Source: Mytilus californianus | Lineage: Eukaryota | Reading direction: 5' to 3' | NCBI RefSeq assembly: GCF_021869535.1 | Contig: NW_026262701.1 | Location: forward strand, 6,510,001-6,574,000 | DNA: 64,000 nt | Part shown: in pieces, positions 12,691 to 26,184 of the stretch | Position numbering within the stretch: the first letter of the stretch is position 1 | Layout of the letters: each line of letters opens with the position of its first letter | Position numbers and translations under genes: made by a program | The notes under the pieces: generated by a model | Databases searched by the model: none | Told to the model about the DNA's origin: nothing | Seen by the model: only the letters and a program-made list of their open reading frames with translations

Positions 12691-13355
12691 CATCATCTTC
12701 CTGTTTACCAAATACTTACAGCTAGGGTATCATAGCAGTAGTTCACATCAACTTCCTGTTTACCAAATACTTACAGCTAGAGTATCATAGCAGTAGCTCA
12801 CATCAACTTCCTGTTTACCAAATACTTACAGCTAGGGTATCATAGCAGTAGCTTAATTTACATAAATTCCTTTTTCCCAAATACTTACTGCTGGGGTATC
12901 ATAGCAGTAGCTCACATCAACTTCCTGTTTACCAAATACTTACAGCTGGGGTATCATAGCAGTAGCTCACATCAACTTCCTGTTTACCAAATACTTACAG
13001 CTGGGGTATCATAGCAGTAGCTCACATCAACTTCCTGTTTACCAAATACTTACAGCTGGGGTATCATAGCAGTAGCTCACATCAACTTCCTGTTTACCAA
13101 ATACTTACAGCTGGGGTATCATAGCAGTAGCTTACATCAACTTCCTGTTTACCAAATACTTACTGCTGGGGTTCATAGCAGTAGCTCACATCAACTTCCT
13201 GTTTACCAAATACTTACAGCTGGGGTATCATAGCAGTAGCTCACATCAACTTCCTGTTTACCAAATACTTACTGCTGGGGTATCATAGCAGTAGCTCACA
13301 TCAACTTCCTGTTTACCAAATACTTACAGCTAGGGTATCATAGCAGTAGCTCACA
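12691..13355. repeat. 55-bp minisatellite, about 12 units, in WTIP intron 7
   Basis: Unit CATCAACTTCCTGTTTACCAAATACTTACAGCTGGGGTATCATAGCAGTAGCTCA; period 55 checked (e.g. 12920, 12975, 13030, 13085). Confidence 0.97.
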
Positions 13356-14420
13356 TACATCATCTATTATTTGTGTGTATGTTGTTCTGATAATTTGACG
13401 TAGTTTGTTGTATCCAAGGTTTTATGTTGCAGCCTTTTAGTTTGTTTATTTCTGTAAAACTTTTAATTGCATTGATCAGTTTGGCCACATTACTATAACT
13501 GAAATATGAATTTTGTCAATGCAAGGTTATAAGATTAGAGTGGTTTCATGACATGCAAAACTCTTTGTATTCTATCAGACTGAGAGAAAAATAACTTGAA
13601 TCATTTTAGTTAACAAGTTTATAAGTCCAGTTTTCTATGAAAGCAAAATTTATCTTCTTATCTATTGTTGCGGTAGTTCATATTTATTAAGACATTATAA
13701 GTATAAAAATGAGTAAAATCCTTTCTAGTTTTTACAATATGGTGTTAAACTCTGATGATTAATCCTTCATTTTACTGAGACAAATTTTATGAAAAAAGGT
13801 TACTCCTAATCAAAACCATGTGGAGAGTTTTGAAAATGTTTTTGACACTTGCAAACATGATTCTAGGTATATATTAGATGTCTGTCTATTTAATAACAGG
13901 ATTTTATATCTTTTTATAAGATCATATAACATTCGATTCTATTCCAAATTAAAACAAAATTTGTTAAGATTTTTCCCTCATTGAATAGTTAGCTTTATGA
14001 CGGATGAGTCTACAACGTGTCTATGCTTTAAGATACAAGTATGATTTATAAGGAGTTTGAATGCATGGTTTATCTATGGTATGTACAATGTTTTTATTTG
14101 CTTCCACAGATATAGAGTACCATTAGACAATCAGTAAGAAAGGTTTTGCATTATGTTTAGATAGAAATATTTGTCACCGTACAGCATGAATATATTTTTT
14201 GTTTTCCAAACTTTTTGCAGTTATGTTTAAAATATTTAAATTATTAAAAGTAGATAAAGTTTTTCCAAGATCTTTTGATTAGTATTGGTATACTGATTGT
14301 GTATTATTTTTGTAGTCCTAGATTTCATATCATCATTACTTTGAAGTATTTTATTTACATAGATGCATGTAATGTATTTGGTTTATCCCTTTTGTTTATC
14401 ATCAGATAGAAACGTATTCT

Positions 14421-14575
14421 CTTTAAGCTCTATTCTGATTTAGAGCTTGTTGTATGACATTTGTCTATTTCTCTAAGCTCTATTCTGATTTAGAGCTTGC
14501 TGTATGACATTTGTCTATTTCTCTAAGCTCTATTCTGATATAGAGCTTGCTGTATGATATTGACATTTGTTTATT
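14421..14575. repeat. 50-bp tandem repeat, three units, each with an AAGCTCTA/TAGAGCTT hairpin
   Basis: Units start at 14421, 14471 and 14521. Confidence 0.9.
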
Positions 14576-15011
14576 GATCAGGATCATTTGTTTTGACCTC
14601 TAGATATCCTTTTCTTATTTTGTTTAAATTTCTTGTTGGTTTGTGTTCTCTATGACATATACCCCAAACAAAACAGACGCATTGTCGATTAGAATCGGGA
14701 GTAATTTATGTTTTATCTGTGTTGTTAAAGGAATATGTTTGACAATAAACTAAGTAAGTAATAATAATTTTGAAAACTTTATCTGTTTTTGCGAGGGAGT
14801 AGATAATAGTTTGCAGTTTTTTGTTTGTTACTTTAAATACATTTGTACTGGTTGTGGTTGTGACATTTTATCAATGTTTGATACATAGCAAAATCTTTGT
14901 TAGATTTAAAACTATGTTATTTGTAAGAAAAAAAAATAAATGAAATCTGTAAAGTTTTATTCTTTGTGTGTTGTACCCTTATGACTGATTAGTCGAGGAA
15001 TTAATCTAAAA

Positions 15012-15202
15012 AAGTGAAACCTGTTTAATCTGAACCCTTTGAGGACTGAAGATTTTGTATGAATTAGGCAGGTAACACTATTAAATATCAATACGATGCC
15101 ATGATACAGAAGTACACAGATTAGATTACTAAGTGATGACTGCCGTATGAAATGATACAGGAGTCCACTTTACTCAGGGTTCAGTTTATAAAGGTTTCAT
15201 TG
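15012..15202. mobile_element. Tc1/mariner-like MITE
   Basis: Imperfect TIRs (AGTGAAACCTGTTTAATCTGAACCCT / AGGGTTCAGTTTATAAAGGTTTCATTG); TA on the right flank only. Confidence 0.6.
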
Positions 15203-16011
15203 TATTTTGAAAATAAATAAGGAAGTAGATTTTGACTAATAATTTTGAAACTGCCACAAATATATCTAAAATCATGATTTTATTGTTAAGTCATAAGGCA
15301 GGTATGATATTTCCCTTGCAAAAATTACTATTTTTACAGAGAATGGGGACTTCGTTAAAATGGTCTGCAAATTTAAAAAAATGGGAAATCCCATAGAAAA
15401 ACTTATCCTTAAATTTTCACGTTATAAGTAAATATTCAGCAACTATGGAAAAAATTGTTATTAGTTTTATGGTTATGATAATGGAAGTTCAAAGTGCACA
15501 CACAGAATGCATGATGGAAGGGTCATAAAGTGTGTTTTTTTTTTTTGTGTGTGGAATAACTGATACATTTGAGCACTAATGAATCATTTCACTGGCTATT
15601 TGGAATGTTCCTCCTGTGTGCATTAGATTGAACAGTTTGGCTGAGGTTTTGTTTTCACTTACAAGCTGTTTTTGCTTGATTTAATGTAATTGATTTTAAC
15701 CTTTAAAAGAAAGAGCTCATCATAAAGTTTTACTGTGTTAAATCATCATTCTGTATTAACATCTATATGTCTGTTTATGCCCAATATTAGATTGTTTCAT
15801 GTCACAACTCTGAAATTAAATGAAATTACTTTGACGTTTTATTAGAAAGCAATGAAAACATATAAACCATACAACTCCCCCCAAATAACAGCTAGTCAGT
15901 ATGAAGGAATATAAGACTGACTTAAAAAAATCAATTTGATGAATTTCTAGAAATATTCATGTTTGCATTGACAACTAAGAGAACAATTTGAATAAGTTTG
16001 TATAATTTCAG

Positions 16012-16383
16012 GATTGTGGTCTCCAGCTAACAGACGAGCCAGGCAAACGTTGTTATCCAATTGAGGATCATCTGTGGTGTCATAGCTGCCATATAAAACG
16101 GCTTTCCGTCATGTTTCCAGAGGAACAGTTCTATTTTGATCCATACACTCATAATATACAGAACAAATTAACAAGTGATTCATCAGGAAAACAAAGAGAC
16201 AGCATTGCTATAATGCCAGCCTCACTGGAATCATACCCAGGCCGACCAGGACCTCCACCAATCAAGCCAACACCCAATGGAGGGAATTATGGATACAGTC
16301 CTGGTCCTTATGGCCAACAACCAATGCAACAAGGTCCACCAATGAAACGTGCATCCCATCATTATCAAGTTACAGATCTATGA
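16012..16383 (+). CDS. WTIP: WTIP-family exon 8 (end of LIM3 plus P/G/Y/Q-rich tail ending YQVTDL*)
   Basis: atttcag|; DCGLQLTDEPGKRCYPIEDHLWCHSCHIKRL...HHYQVTDL-TGA. The terminal VTDL resembles the VTEL end of vertebrate WTIP. Confidence 0.93.
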   Translation, partial: DCGLQLTDEPGKRCYPIEDHLWCHSCHIKRLSVMFPEEQFYFDPYTHNIQNKLTSDSSGKQRDSIAIMPASLESYPGRPGPPPIKPTPNGGNYGYSPGPYGQQPMQQGPPMKRASHHYQVTDL

Positions 16384-19300
16384 ACAATTTGTTGATAATA
16401 ATCTGTTTGTTAATATTTGTCGTCTTTATAGTGCTAAAGCCTGCACAAATGAAATTTATTTGGCTTTTTATTGCTTTAAAGAAACATTGTCAAATAATGG
16501 AGAGAACATTACAGCTGATATTAATCAAATTTCACCTTTTTTAAACATTTTTCATTAAGATTTTTATTTTTACTCATGAAAGATACTTACAGAGAAGTGA
16601 GAAGTCAATCAAAATTGTTTTGCATAAACAGAATTATATTTTCTAATGGTATAGATAGTTTCCAATAATCCTTTTTGAGCTGGAGTTATTTCCCTTGCCT
16701 ACCATACAGGATGGCAAACTGTTTGATTCCTTATTTAACTAATGAAGTTAAAATGTGTAGTACAAATAATTCTGATAAGAGATCCTTGCTAGATCATAGC
16801 AATGAATTATACAAGACTTAAGCGAATACAAAATTTCTAATAAAACTATGTTTTCATAAGTCTCAGCGGTTACTATATCAAGTTGAATTTAGTTGATTTA
16901 TTCAAGGAATTTATGCTGGTTGACCTCCAACAGTACTGCAAAGAGACATAACTTTTACTCAAAGTACGTCAAGAGAAAACTTTCTATTGCTGAATTTTAT
17001 TTATAAATATAAAGAAATCAAAATTTACTGCCACATTTAAAGCTTTGATTTAGTGAAAGAAACTAAAGGAAAGTCATAAGTCTTTACTTACCTGTTACAT
17101 TATCTGTTAATTTTTATATGAAGTTAGTAATTTGCATATTTGACATTATTAGTGTTATCTGTCCAATCATCAAGGTGCTTGTTGTGGCCACCTTTATTTT
17201 GTGAAACAACTCCCTTTTGGATTTAAAAGAGAAATTAGGAAAAATACATACAAAACTATTACCTGCCACATATTAGAAAAAAGATAAAACATTGCCGTAT
17301 AATTATGTAAAACTTCTGAATGTTTCTCAGTCTCACATTGAGCCTTAGTAGGGAATGTCTGTGAATATTACAATGAATTTTCACAGTTAAATTGTTTCCT
17401 TAAAAAAATGCCACTTCAAAATTAATTTGCACTTAAATGAGAGAAATTATTGATTGAACATAAATAAGGCTTAGGCAAACATCCTTGGAATTGTGAGTAC
17501 TTGGTATTGGTATTCACTATAACATATATGACTGGCAGAAAACGTTACATTTGCTTTTTATTTGCAATGAGAATATAGATCTGATATTTTGATTTGTGAT
17601 GTTCATCAACTTTTGGTAGCAGTAGATTACAAAATGTTTAATTAATAAATAAGGATCAATTAAAATTATAAACATTTTATAATTTCTCAATAACCAGATT
17701 GGAAAAGTATTTTAATATATTTTAATAACAAGAACATGATTTATGTGCTGTGTGTGTAAAAGATAGGGATGTGTGCAATGTTAAGCCACTACACAGGTCA
17801 AATGTCATGTGCTTGTCATTAGGGGTCAGTATTAAACTATAACATAGACCCATGTTCAAGTAAAATTTCTGAGATCTATTGAATGGAATACTTTCAACAA
17901 CATTTAAAAACAAAATCTACCGATTAACTGCCTGTTTGACTATGTACAAAATATGAGAAGGAATTTCTCTCACCCCCAGAATGGCAAATGTGGCATTTAA
18001 CTTGTGTTGCTTGGTTCTTGATATTATTTCATGTTTTCTGAAAGATAGATGTTTCTTTACAGCTGGCTTTCATCTCCCAAGTTTTGTATTATTTTGGAAC
18101 ATACATTAACTTCATATTTTTGGTAAGATAATTTACAACATTTATATTAAGCAATTTACTACTGTTTTTGTATTTAGACATTTGTATCAGTCAACACTTT
18201 ATTTACATGTTATTCGTCAGCCAATCAAACAAGCTTGACAGAGTATCAGCATTTTATATAACACAAGTTGTTCATTGTTGAATGTGTGCTTTTTTGGGTT
18301 TCATACCACATTAGTCATACAATGTTGAATATTTGGTTTTCAGCATTTTATATTATCAAACAAGTCCTGCAATATTAGATATTCTTATATCACACAAGCT
18401 ATACAATTTGGAGTATTTATTATTCAGAATCTTACAACTCACAAATCATTCAGCATTGAATATTTGTCAATTGACATTTGATTTACCATATTTCATACAA
18501 TGTCATATATTTATTACACAATCATACAATGTCAAATATTTATTACAGAATCATACAATGTTTACCTTTAGTCAGTGCAATCTGTCTCAAATCATAACAT
18601 GACAATATTTCTTTCCCATGATTCTTTGTTTTGTATGGATTATCTCCCCGAGGAATGATTTTTTTTTTGTTTCTTTATGAGCTAAGCTTCCTATTATTAT
18701 TTTTTGTAAAATAAAAAAAGGATAGCATGAAGCTAAATGTCATAATAAATGATATTCTTTGTACAGATTAGTTGAATTATACATATCATATTCATTAATT
18801 TTACTGAAAACTCCAAATAGTTCATGACGAATCATCAGATATAATAAGGGGGATAAACCAAAGAATGAGAATTAAGGGAAATGTCACATACATGACTATG
18901 TTTGCAATATATGTGAAATCTGGTTCAGTTGATGATAAACATGTATTTAATATGACATTCAGTGCCAAAGAATCTATTCATTACATACAATCGATCGCTT
19001 TCAGTGTTTAAATGTGGTCTCTTTTAATTCATTTTTTACATGTAATTGTAAAGGATAAAAATATCGAAATGGGAAAGTTAAATTTGATTTGTAAAAATGA
19101 ATGTATTAAATGTTTCAAATTAACAAAGTTACTAAAGGGGGATAATTCAAATAATTCTTTCTGTTCCAAGGCTCAATGAGAAAAGTTATTTTTACATCTT
19201 CCATTAGTTACCTGGTAATGGAAAGAAAAAAACTGACAGTTTCTCATGTACTGTTTAGTCAGATATTATTTGATTTATTTTAACAAATAAATGTTTTTGT

Positions 19301-22300
19301 TGTACTTATTTTTATTGGTTTATATTGTTAAGTTATGACATAATTTTCAACAACCTTAACAGTTTTTGACTACAACCTATTATTTCTGATTATTCATTCC
19401 AAAATTTTTATTTTTCTGATGATCTGCAAAATCATTCCAGAATGTCCCATTTTTCTCCTCATCTGATGTATTATTTAATAATGATTTTTTTCCCTCAACT
19501 GAAGTAATATTAGTAATATTTTCTGTATCAGGTTATTTCTCGTTTGTTTGTGAAATTGTTTGTGGCAATTCAGACAGATTTTATAATATATGATGATATT
19601 CAGAGATTAATTCATCTTGAATTTCATTTAATAAATCCAAAGATTTTCAGAATCAAAAGTTAACTCGTGCATTATTTCATAATAAAAATTATAGAATGCA
19701 ATATGTAGGGAATGTTTGAGAAATTATTTTTGAGCAATATTAGGAAATGTTATATAGAAAAATGATAAGCAATAATTGGGAATTTAAACCCATGGTTTAA
19801 TGTTTATTTTGATGTTTAAAAGCATGTCCATTCAATTTTATAGAACGTGGTGTCCACCTTTTTTATTTGTGTATTTTGTTTAAACATTAGATTCAAAGAA
19901 GGGTACATGATTATATCAGTATTTTGATGAGACATATATTTTAGTCAGTTACTTTGACAGATAGAAGATTGTCCTCAAGTAAGGAACACTCCTGCCTCCT
20001 CCACCAACAAAAAGTTACCTCCTCAAAATAGCCCAATACTACTGAAAGTGGGGTTAAACACCTGTCAATCAATCAAATTAGGAACTCTGGTTTTTGAGTC
20101 TCTGTTAGTAAATGCAATACCTTTGATACAAGTAAATTTAACACATTAAATTCTCTATCCACCTTTTTGTTTGCTGTAACAAAATATAGATGTAATGTTG
20201 TTTATCCTTGTGGATTATCAAAGCACATGTTGGTTTTAAATGTTATGCTAAATATGTGTCAATGTAATTTTTCTTTTAAAAAGGTGGAGAAAATTGTTAT
20301 GTATTGAAAGCATTTGATTAAACTTTATGTATTGCATCTCCTTGGTTCTGGATCTGTCACTGGCTGTACTGTAAATGTTTGAAAAAGTCTTACCTAGAGA
20401 AAGGATATAAAATTTGTAGTCTAATGTACCTGAGGAATTAAGTTTTGACCAGTAAGTTGTTGTATCTATCATGTGTCTCTTTATAGATGCCAGTATTGTA
20501 TTGTTGTAAGAAACAAGTCTCAACTCTGAAGGCCTTTGTTAATTTCTATTTTTTAATGTCAGTTACCTTTCTTTGGTAAATCTTATAAGTAACAATCTTC
20601 AGACAAATCTGGTCTGAAATTTTGTAGTAAAATTAGCAGTTGTTAAGAAGATAAAGAATGATTTTTTTGTTTTGACCTGATTGAATGGCTGGATAGTTCA
20701 AATTGTTACATAAATAGTACGGTTTGGTGTTATATATTCTTGTTATTTAGATATAATGTACTAAAATTCCAGGGTTTTGTTAGCTGTTAAACAGCTTTAT
20801 TTTCTCTGTAAATATTGACAGATTTAACTAATAGTTCTCTTAGAGATAATAATACAAAAACGTGTTCAAAATGACAATATCTGTGAGGTTGATGAGTTAA
20901 GGACTGTTGGTGCTAGTACTATAATATGTATAAATTCTTTTGTTTTTAGCCTTTTCTTGTTATTTATTTCTGATTTGATTTATTTATTTTGTATATTTAG
21001 TTGGATTGAAGTCTCTTGTTTATATAATCATGTTAATGTTAATTTTGTCAGTCAAATTTTGTTGATAGTGTTGCCTGACCTTCCCCCAATAGATTAGAGT
21101 TATCTCCCTTGCTGTATTTTTAATTTGCTTCCTTTGAGTTTTATTAGAATTGTCTCCCTTCCTTGTATGAATTATTCTCACAGAATCAAGATATTGCTGT
21201 TGAATTTTACAAAATCACAGTAACCTGCTCAGACTATTATAAATATACCAGTAGTTAGAAGAAAAAAGAAATCCATTGCACCAGAAAACAATTCTGAGTT
21301 TTATTTACTGTAATGAATGGTCAGTAGTTAAACGTCTATTTATATAATGAATTATAAGAATTTATTCAATTACATAATGAATTGGTTTATTTAACTGAAT
21401 TTTTTTATTATTATTTGTTTGATGTAGGAAAATTTCCCTTAAGATACATAGCAGTTTAGTGACATATGATTGAATTGCAGTTGTGAAAGCCAACAAAGAA
21501 TGTTAAAATTCATTTTGCTCAATACAAAATTATTTTCTTAGATGAAATTGCCAAAATATTGTTATTTTATTACAGTTTTACTCGTTCTACTTAAAGTTAC
21601 AAGTATAAGCTAGTTCAAGTCTGATTTCAGTCATAAATGTAGAAGTATGAATTGAAAATAACATTTTTTTTGGGATCACTATTAATCTAGTGGAATAATC
21701 TACTTAAAGACATTTTTCAATAGGAAATTTTTTTTGTTCGGTAATGTAAAATTTCCTTAATACAAGAGTTTTTGTACTGGGGGTATTTTACAGTTCAAAT
21801 GTCAATTTGGTTATTGTTTAACATATCATGTTGGCTATAATATACTTGGTTGAATTTTACCATCAAAACCTTATTATACATTGATGAAATTATTTAACCT
21901 TCAAGACTCTATTAAAATGGATCTCTATTTTCTTATTGTTACCAGCAGAAATTGATTAATCTGTATGCAGAAATTTTGGTTAACAGTTTCCAAATCCAAA
22001 AAAATTTTTAAATTAAAAAGTTTTTGTATATGTCGATCTGCATGATAAAAGTAAATAAAGTTTAGTTGATAACTAAACTTCACATAAGTTTATTGGATTT
22101 TGTTAAGAATCAACAATGTCATTAAATGTGAATTCAGATTAAAATATAGATGTATGATATTGTTTCATGGTAAATATTCACTAAAAAAAATGGAAGATTG
22201 ACAGTACGGTAGCACTGGAAGTTCAGATTAATGAAATAACTTATGTTAACAACCGTTACAATGTTTTATTAGTACTCTACAAGATCGTATTTTATTGATT

Positions 22301-22661
22301 GACAGTACCACATATAGTAGATATGATTCATTAAATATTACTAGTCTTTTTCATTTGAAAAATCTTAGGATTGAAAATTATCAACCGGATGAAATGAGTA
22401 ATGCAATTGTAATGATTCCACCCAGTGTTGATTTAAGTAAAGGTTGTACAAGATGATGTAAACATGGTTTAGTTGTTTTATTTTCCACTTTATTTTACTT
22501 TTACCACTGAAGTAGATGACAATAAAATATTTTTGAAATATAAATGGCTTTTATTTTGTGTTATTCGACAGCAAGAATTGGTGTTTATTTTACTTTGGTG
22601 TTAGAATAGACTATTTTCATGCTATCGACTCCCTAGTATATGAATGATGACTGATTACATT

Positions 22662-22895
22662 CTCTGTGGTAGGACACTCTGGTACTCTATCAAGTAAGAG
22701 CAACTAAAAGAAGTAATATCAAGCTTATAATCTTTACAATTTTCAGGAAAAATTTACCTGTTATGCAATGATTTTGTGGTGTATAGAAAACATAACAGTT
22801 AAATGTTTTCCCCCAAATTGCATCGATTGTAAGCTTAATTTTACTTCTTTTAGTTGTTCTTTCTCGACAGAGTACCATAATGTCCTACCACACAG
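22662..22895. mobile_element. MITE with ~27-bp imperfect TIRs
   Basis: CTCTGTGGTAGGACACTCTGGTACTCT versus AGAGTACCATAATGTCCTACCACACAG|TA. Confidence 0.7.
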
Positions 22896-23383
22896 TAGGT
22901 AACCTGTCAAAATATTACATATTCCGTAGTCAAATGTTTGTAATACAAAAATAGTCTACTGGCTAATGATTTGATTGTCTAACTATCGTCTAAAACCTTA
23001 GCTAGTCATCACTTGTTATCTGTACTTTCACTTTTATCTATTTGGGGGAAGGGGACCAGGATTTTGTGGTCTGTACATGAGACAATAATATCAGGAAATA
23101 CCCGAACCAGATTCATCACACATTACTTTAAACCAACTTATTTTCGTGCGTCACTCATTTTTACAACATTTTCAAGGAGAAAAATAATGTGAATATGTCA
23201 AACTTTGATCTATCCTTGTATAAGTATATCCACAAAGTTTGAAAATTATGGAAAAAATTGGAGACTAACTTGATAAAAATATAAAAAGGAATACAGTGCA
23301 TGGGTGTTGACTTTGCCTGATTTATGGCTTGGCTAAGAAAGTGTTGTGATACCTATGGTAATAGGGAGGTATCAAAATACAAT

Positions 23384-24029
23384 CAAACAAGTATAGAAAT
23401 GTCACCCTCTGGACCATTTACTGAAACATCTGGCAAGTTTGCTTTTAATTGGTTTAGTGGTTCTTTAGAAGATCTTTGAAAATCCGACCAACTAGACCCC
23501 TTTTGTCCCTTGAAGCCCTCATGACCAAAGTAACAGCACTTGGTAAGGACCCTTCAAAGAACGTTTTTGCATGGGTTGCTTTCATTTCTTTTCACTTGCA
23601 TGTACTTGGGAAAAGTAATACAAAATGTATTAACCCATTTGGTTTCAGTGTAAACTGGCGGCCATATTAAATTTCCAATTAAAGTAATAACACTTGTTTT
23701 GATTTTTCACTGGAACATAACTGGCAGTTATGATTTAAATCACATGAGTGGTTCTAGAGAAGATCTTTGGACCAATTGGATATCTTTTTGGTCCCTGGTG
23801 CCATGCTTTACTTTTCCGCAAGGCCAAAGTAATAACAAATGGCAAGTTTTAAATGGTTTATTTTCATTAGAACTGTTCTTAAAAGGAGCAGCAAGAGACC
23901 ACGTAAGCAATATCTGTGCTAAGTTTGGATTTTATTCTGGCCAGTGATTCTCTAGAATTTCAAACGTTGAAAAGCTGACGGATTGGCACCAACTGATTAC
24001 AAAAGCTCACATGACCTGAAGAGCTAAAA
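23384..24029 (-). mobile_element. HINE-like element (TTTTAGCTC...GTGAGCTT family), reverse orientation
   Basis: Reverse complement starts TTTTAGCTCTTCAGGTCATGTGAGCTTTT, resembling the 5' ends at 37382, 53189 and 56759. Confidence 0.6.
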
Positions 24030-24174
24030 TGCATGTTGAGATATATACTTTTTCTGAGCCATGGTATTTTTACACTTCACCTCTCTATTCCCTATAGATG
24101 TCAGTTATCGCGATTTGTGAGATACCAATCGGTATATGCTCCAGTAAGTATTAGAAACAAAAAATACATATATG

Positions 24175-24410
24175 TCAAGTCTGTCATATTTGTTTTTCGT
24201 AAATTGTTTTGTTATGAATTAGGCCGTTAGTTTTCTCAATTGAATTGTTTCATATTTTTCATATCTGGGCCTTTTATATCCGACTATATGGTATGGGTTT
24301 TTCTCGTTGTTGAAAGCCGTACGGTTGCCTACAATTGCTTACATCCACTTTATTTGAACTTTGATGGATAGTTGTCTCATTGGCACTCATACCTCATCTC
24401 CTTATTTCTA
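24175..24410 (+). mobile_element. Longer copy of the dispersed repeat seen at 4210
   Basis: Same 3' end; flanked by TATATG (24169-24174 and 24411-24416). Confidence 0.7.
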
Positions 24411-24419
24411 TATATGATG

Positions 24420-24820
24420 GAAAAGATAGCTGAGCACGTTTTAGTCATAGCACATTGACCCTCCTCTTTATCCCCTAGATATCATAAATTTAAAAAATCA
24501 TGGTATTTATGATACTTATTCTAGGTTTATGCTCCAACAATTATTGGAGAAAAAAAACATATTTGAGATAATTATTCTAGGTAGATGCTCAAATTAGTAT
24601 TTCGAAATAAAATAAAAAAAGATGTTCGAAAAGATAGCTGACCACGTTTCAGCCATGGCATTCTGACCACCACCCCCTTTATCCCCTAGATGTTATAAAT
24701 TCAAGTTATTACAGTATTTGAGATTCTTATTCCAGGTTTATACTCCCGCAAGTATCGGAGAAAAAAAACATGTTGGAAAAGAAAAGCTGACCACGTTATA
24801 GCTATAGTATTTTGACCCCA
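24420..24820. repeat. Three diverged tandem units starting GAAAAGATAGCTGA(G/C)CACGTT
   Basis: Unit starts at about 24420, 24628 and 24777. Confidence 0.6.
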
Positions 24821-24865
24821 CAACTATGAAAAATTGACCATATCTTAATGTCTGAATCGAGTTAA

Positions 24866-25575
24866 AACTATCTGTAATTTGAGATACTTTATCCAGTTGT
24901 AATCCTCCAGTACGCATCCTTCTCATCTTGAATTACACCTAGAAATTAACAATGAGGGTTGGTTGAGAACTAAACTTTTTGGCAAAAGAGAAGATTTCAA
25001 TTTCACCCCTTTATAACTTTCCATTTCTCTGTATCAACATTCAAGCTGCGCCTGCATATATATCTCACAATTAGTAAAATAATCTAGGCCTTAAGTTTCC
25101 TATGATTTTTTTGATTTTTTTGCTTGAAAGATCTCGAGGGTTTCTGCTCACAAGGAAGCTATTACACCAAGGGTTCCAAATGGTAAACTTTATGTGTTTC
25201 CTTCGAAAGTTTAACGGACGCTGTCATGATGTTGGTTGAAAGTTATAAAATATGTGTGTCATAGACTAACCACAAATATGATCCATTCATTGAAGTCACA
25301 TTCATGTCCCGAATTTTCTCGAATGTAATTAACTACTCCAAACGCAGTTTATCACATCATTCAATTTACCATGAGCAACATGGCGGGTGCCGTATGTAGA
25401 GCAGGAACTGTTTTCCCTTCCGGAGCACCTTAGTTCATCACGGTGTTTTTCTGTAGATCTAGGAATTACGTTTGTTTGTATTTTTCAGTTTCGTCGTTGT
25501 TCTTTTGGTCATGGTGTTGTCTGTTTTTTTTTTTTCTTTTTATGATTTATGGTTGTTCCTTTGTTATCTTCGCCG
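24866..25575 (+). mobile_element. Decayed Penelope-like retroelement fragment (RT C-terminal region plus 3' part)
   Basis: Frameshifted translation LEINNEGWLRTKLFGKREDFNF...NFPFLCINIQAAPAY..ISQL matches the TKLYDKRDDFNFPIVNFPFL motif of Penelope-like RTs, as recalled. Followed by GAGCAGGAACTG...CCTTCCGGAGCACC. Confidence 0.75.
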
Positions 25576-26184
25576 TCTTGATACACATTTGAATTATCGA
25601 TTTCATTTGAGAAAACGTTTAAGGTGAGTGTATGTATTTATAAAGGCGTCAATTGCGTCCTTTTAATAGCAGACGTGTTCCTGTATTGTTTGAGGACCTT
25701 TTATATTTCAATGCAAAATGCAGTATTAATTACACTCACCGTAATTCTTGATGACATTTTTGCTTTATATAATCACAAATTCTGTATATTTATACTGCGG
25801 AAATTTATTCAAGGGAATTGACCTCAAATAAGTCTAATATAAACAGCATTACGTGTTAGTGTCGTGGCGCTCAATCCTACCCCTGATCTGGGGCAGTTGC
25901 GTAACAGCACATTATAAGAACAAACTGTAAAAAATAATTTGAAAAGGCTTGAGTCATCATGCAGATCGACACGAAGATTAAAAATAACTAACACAAAGAT
26001 AAAAGACACACATGCAGTACCAATCGAAGAGTAATCGCAGTTACTGAAAGCTAATTTGAACCCACTCATTCAACTTAAAAAAAAATTTTTTGCATTGATT
26101 TTATTGAAAATTTTCTTCAACTTTGTCTGGTGTTATTTGTTATTTTCTAAATTAAAGAGGTGTTCTCATCACTGCAATTTTTGT

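Noticed and set aside
12691-13355. CRISPR-like array
   Set aside because: Units are contiguous and near-identical, with no unique spacers; eukaryotic intron context.
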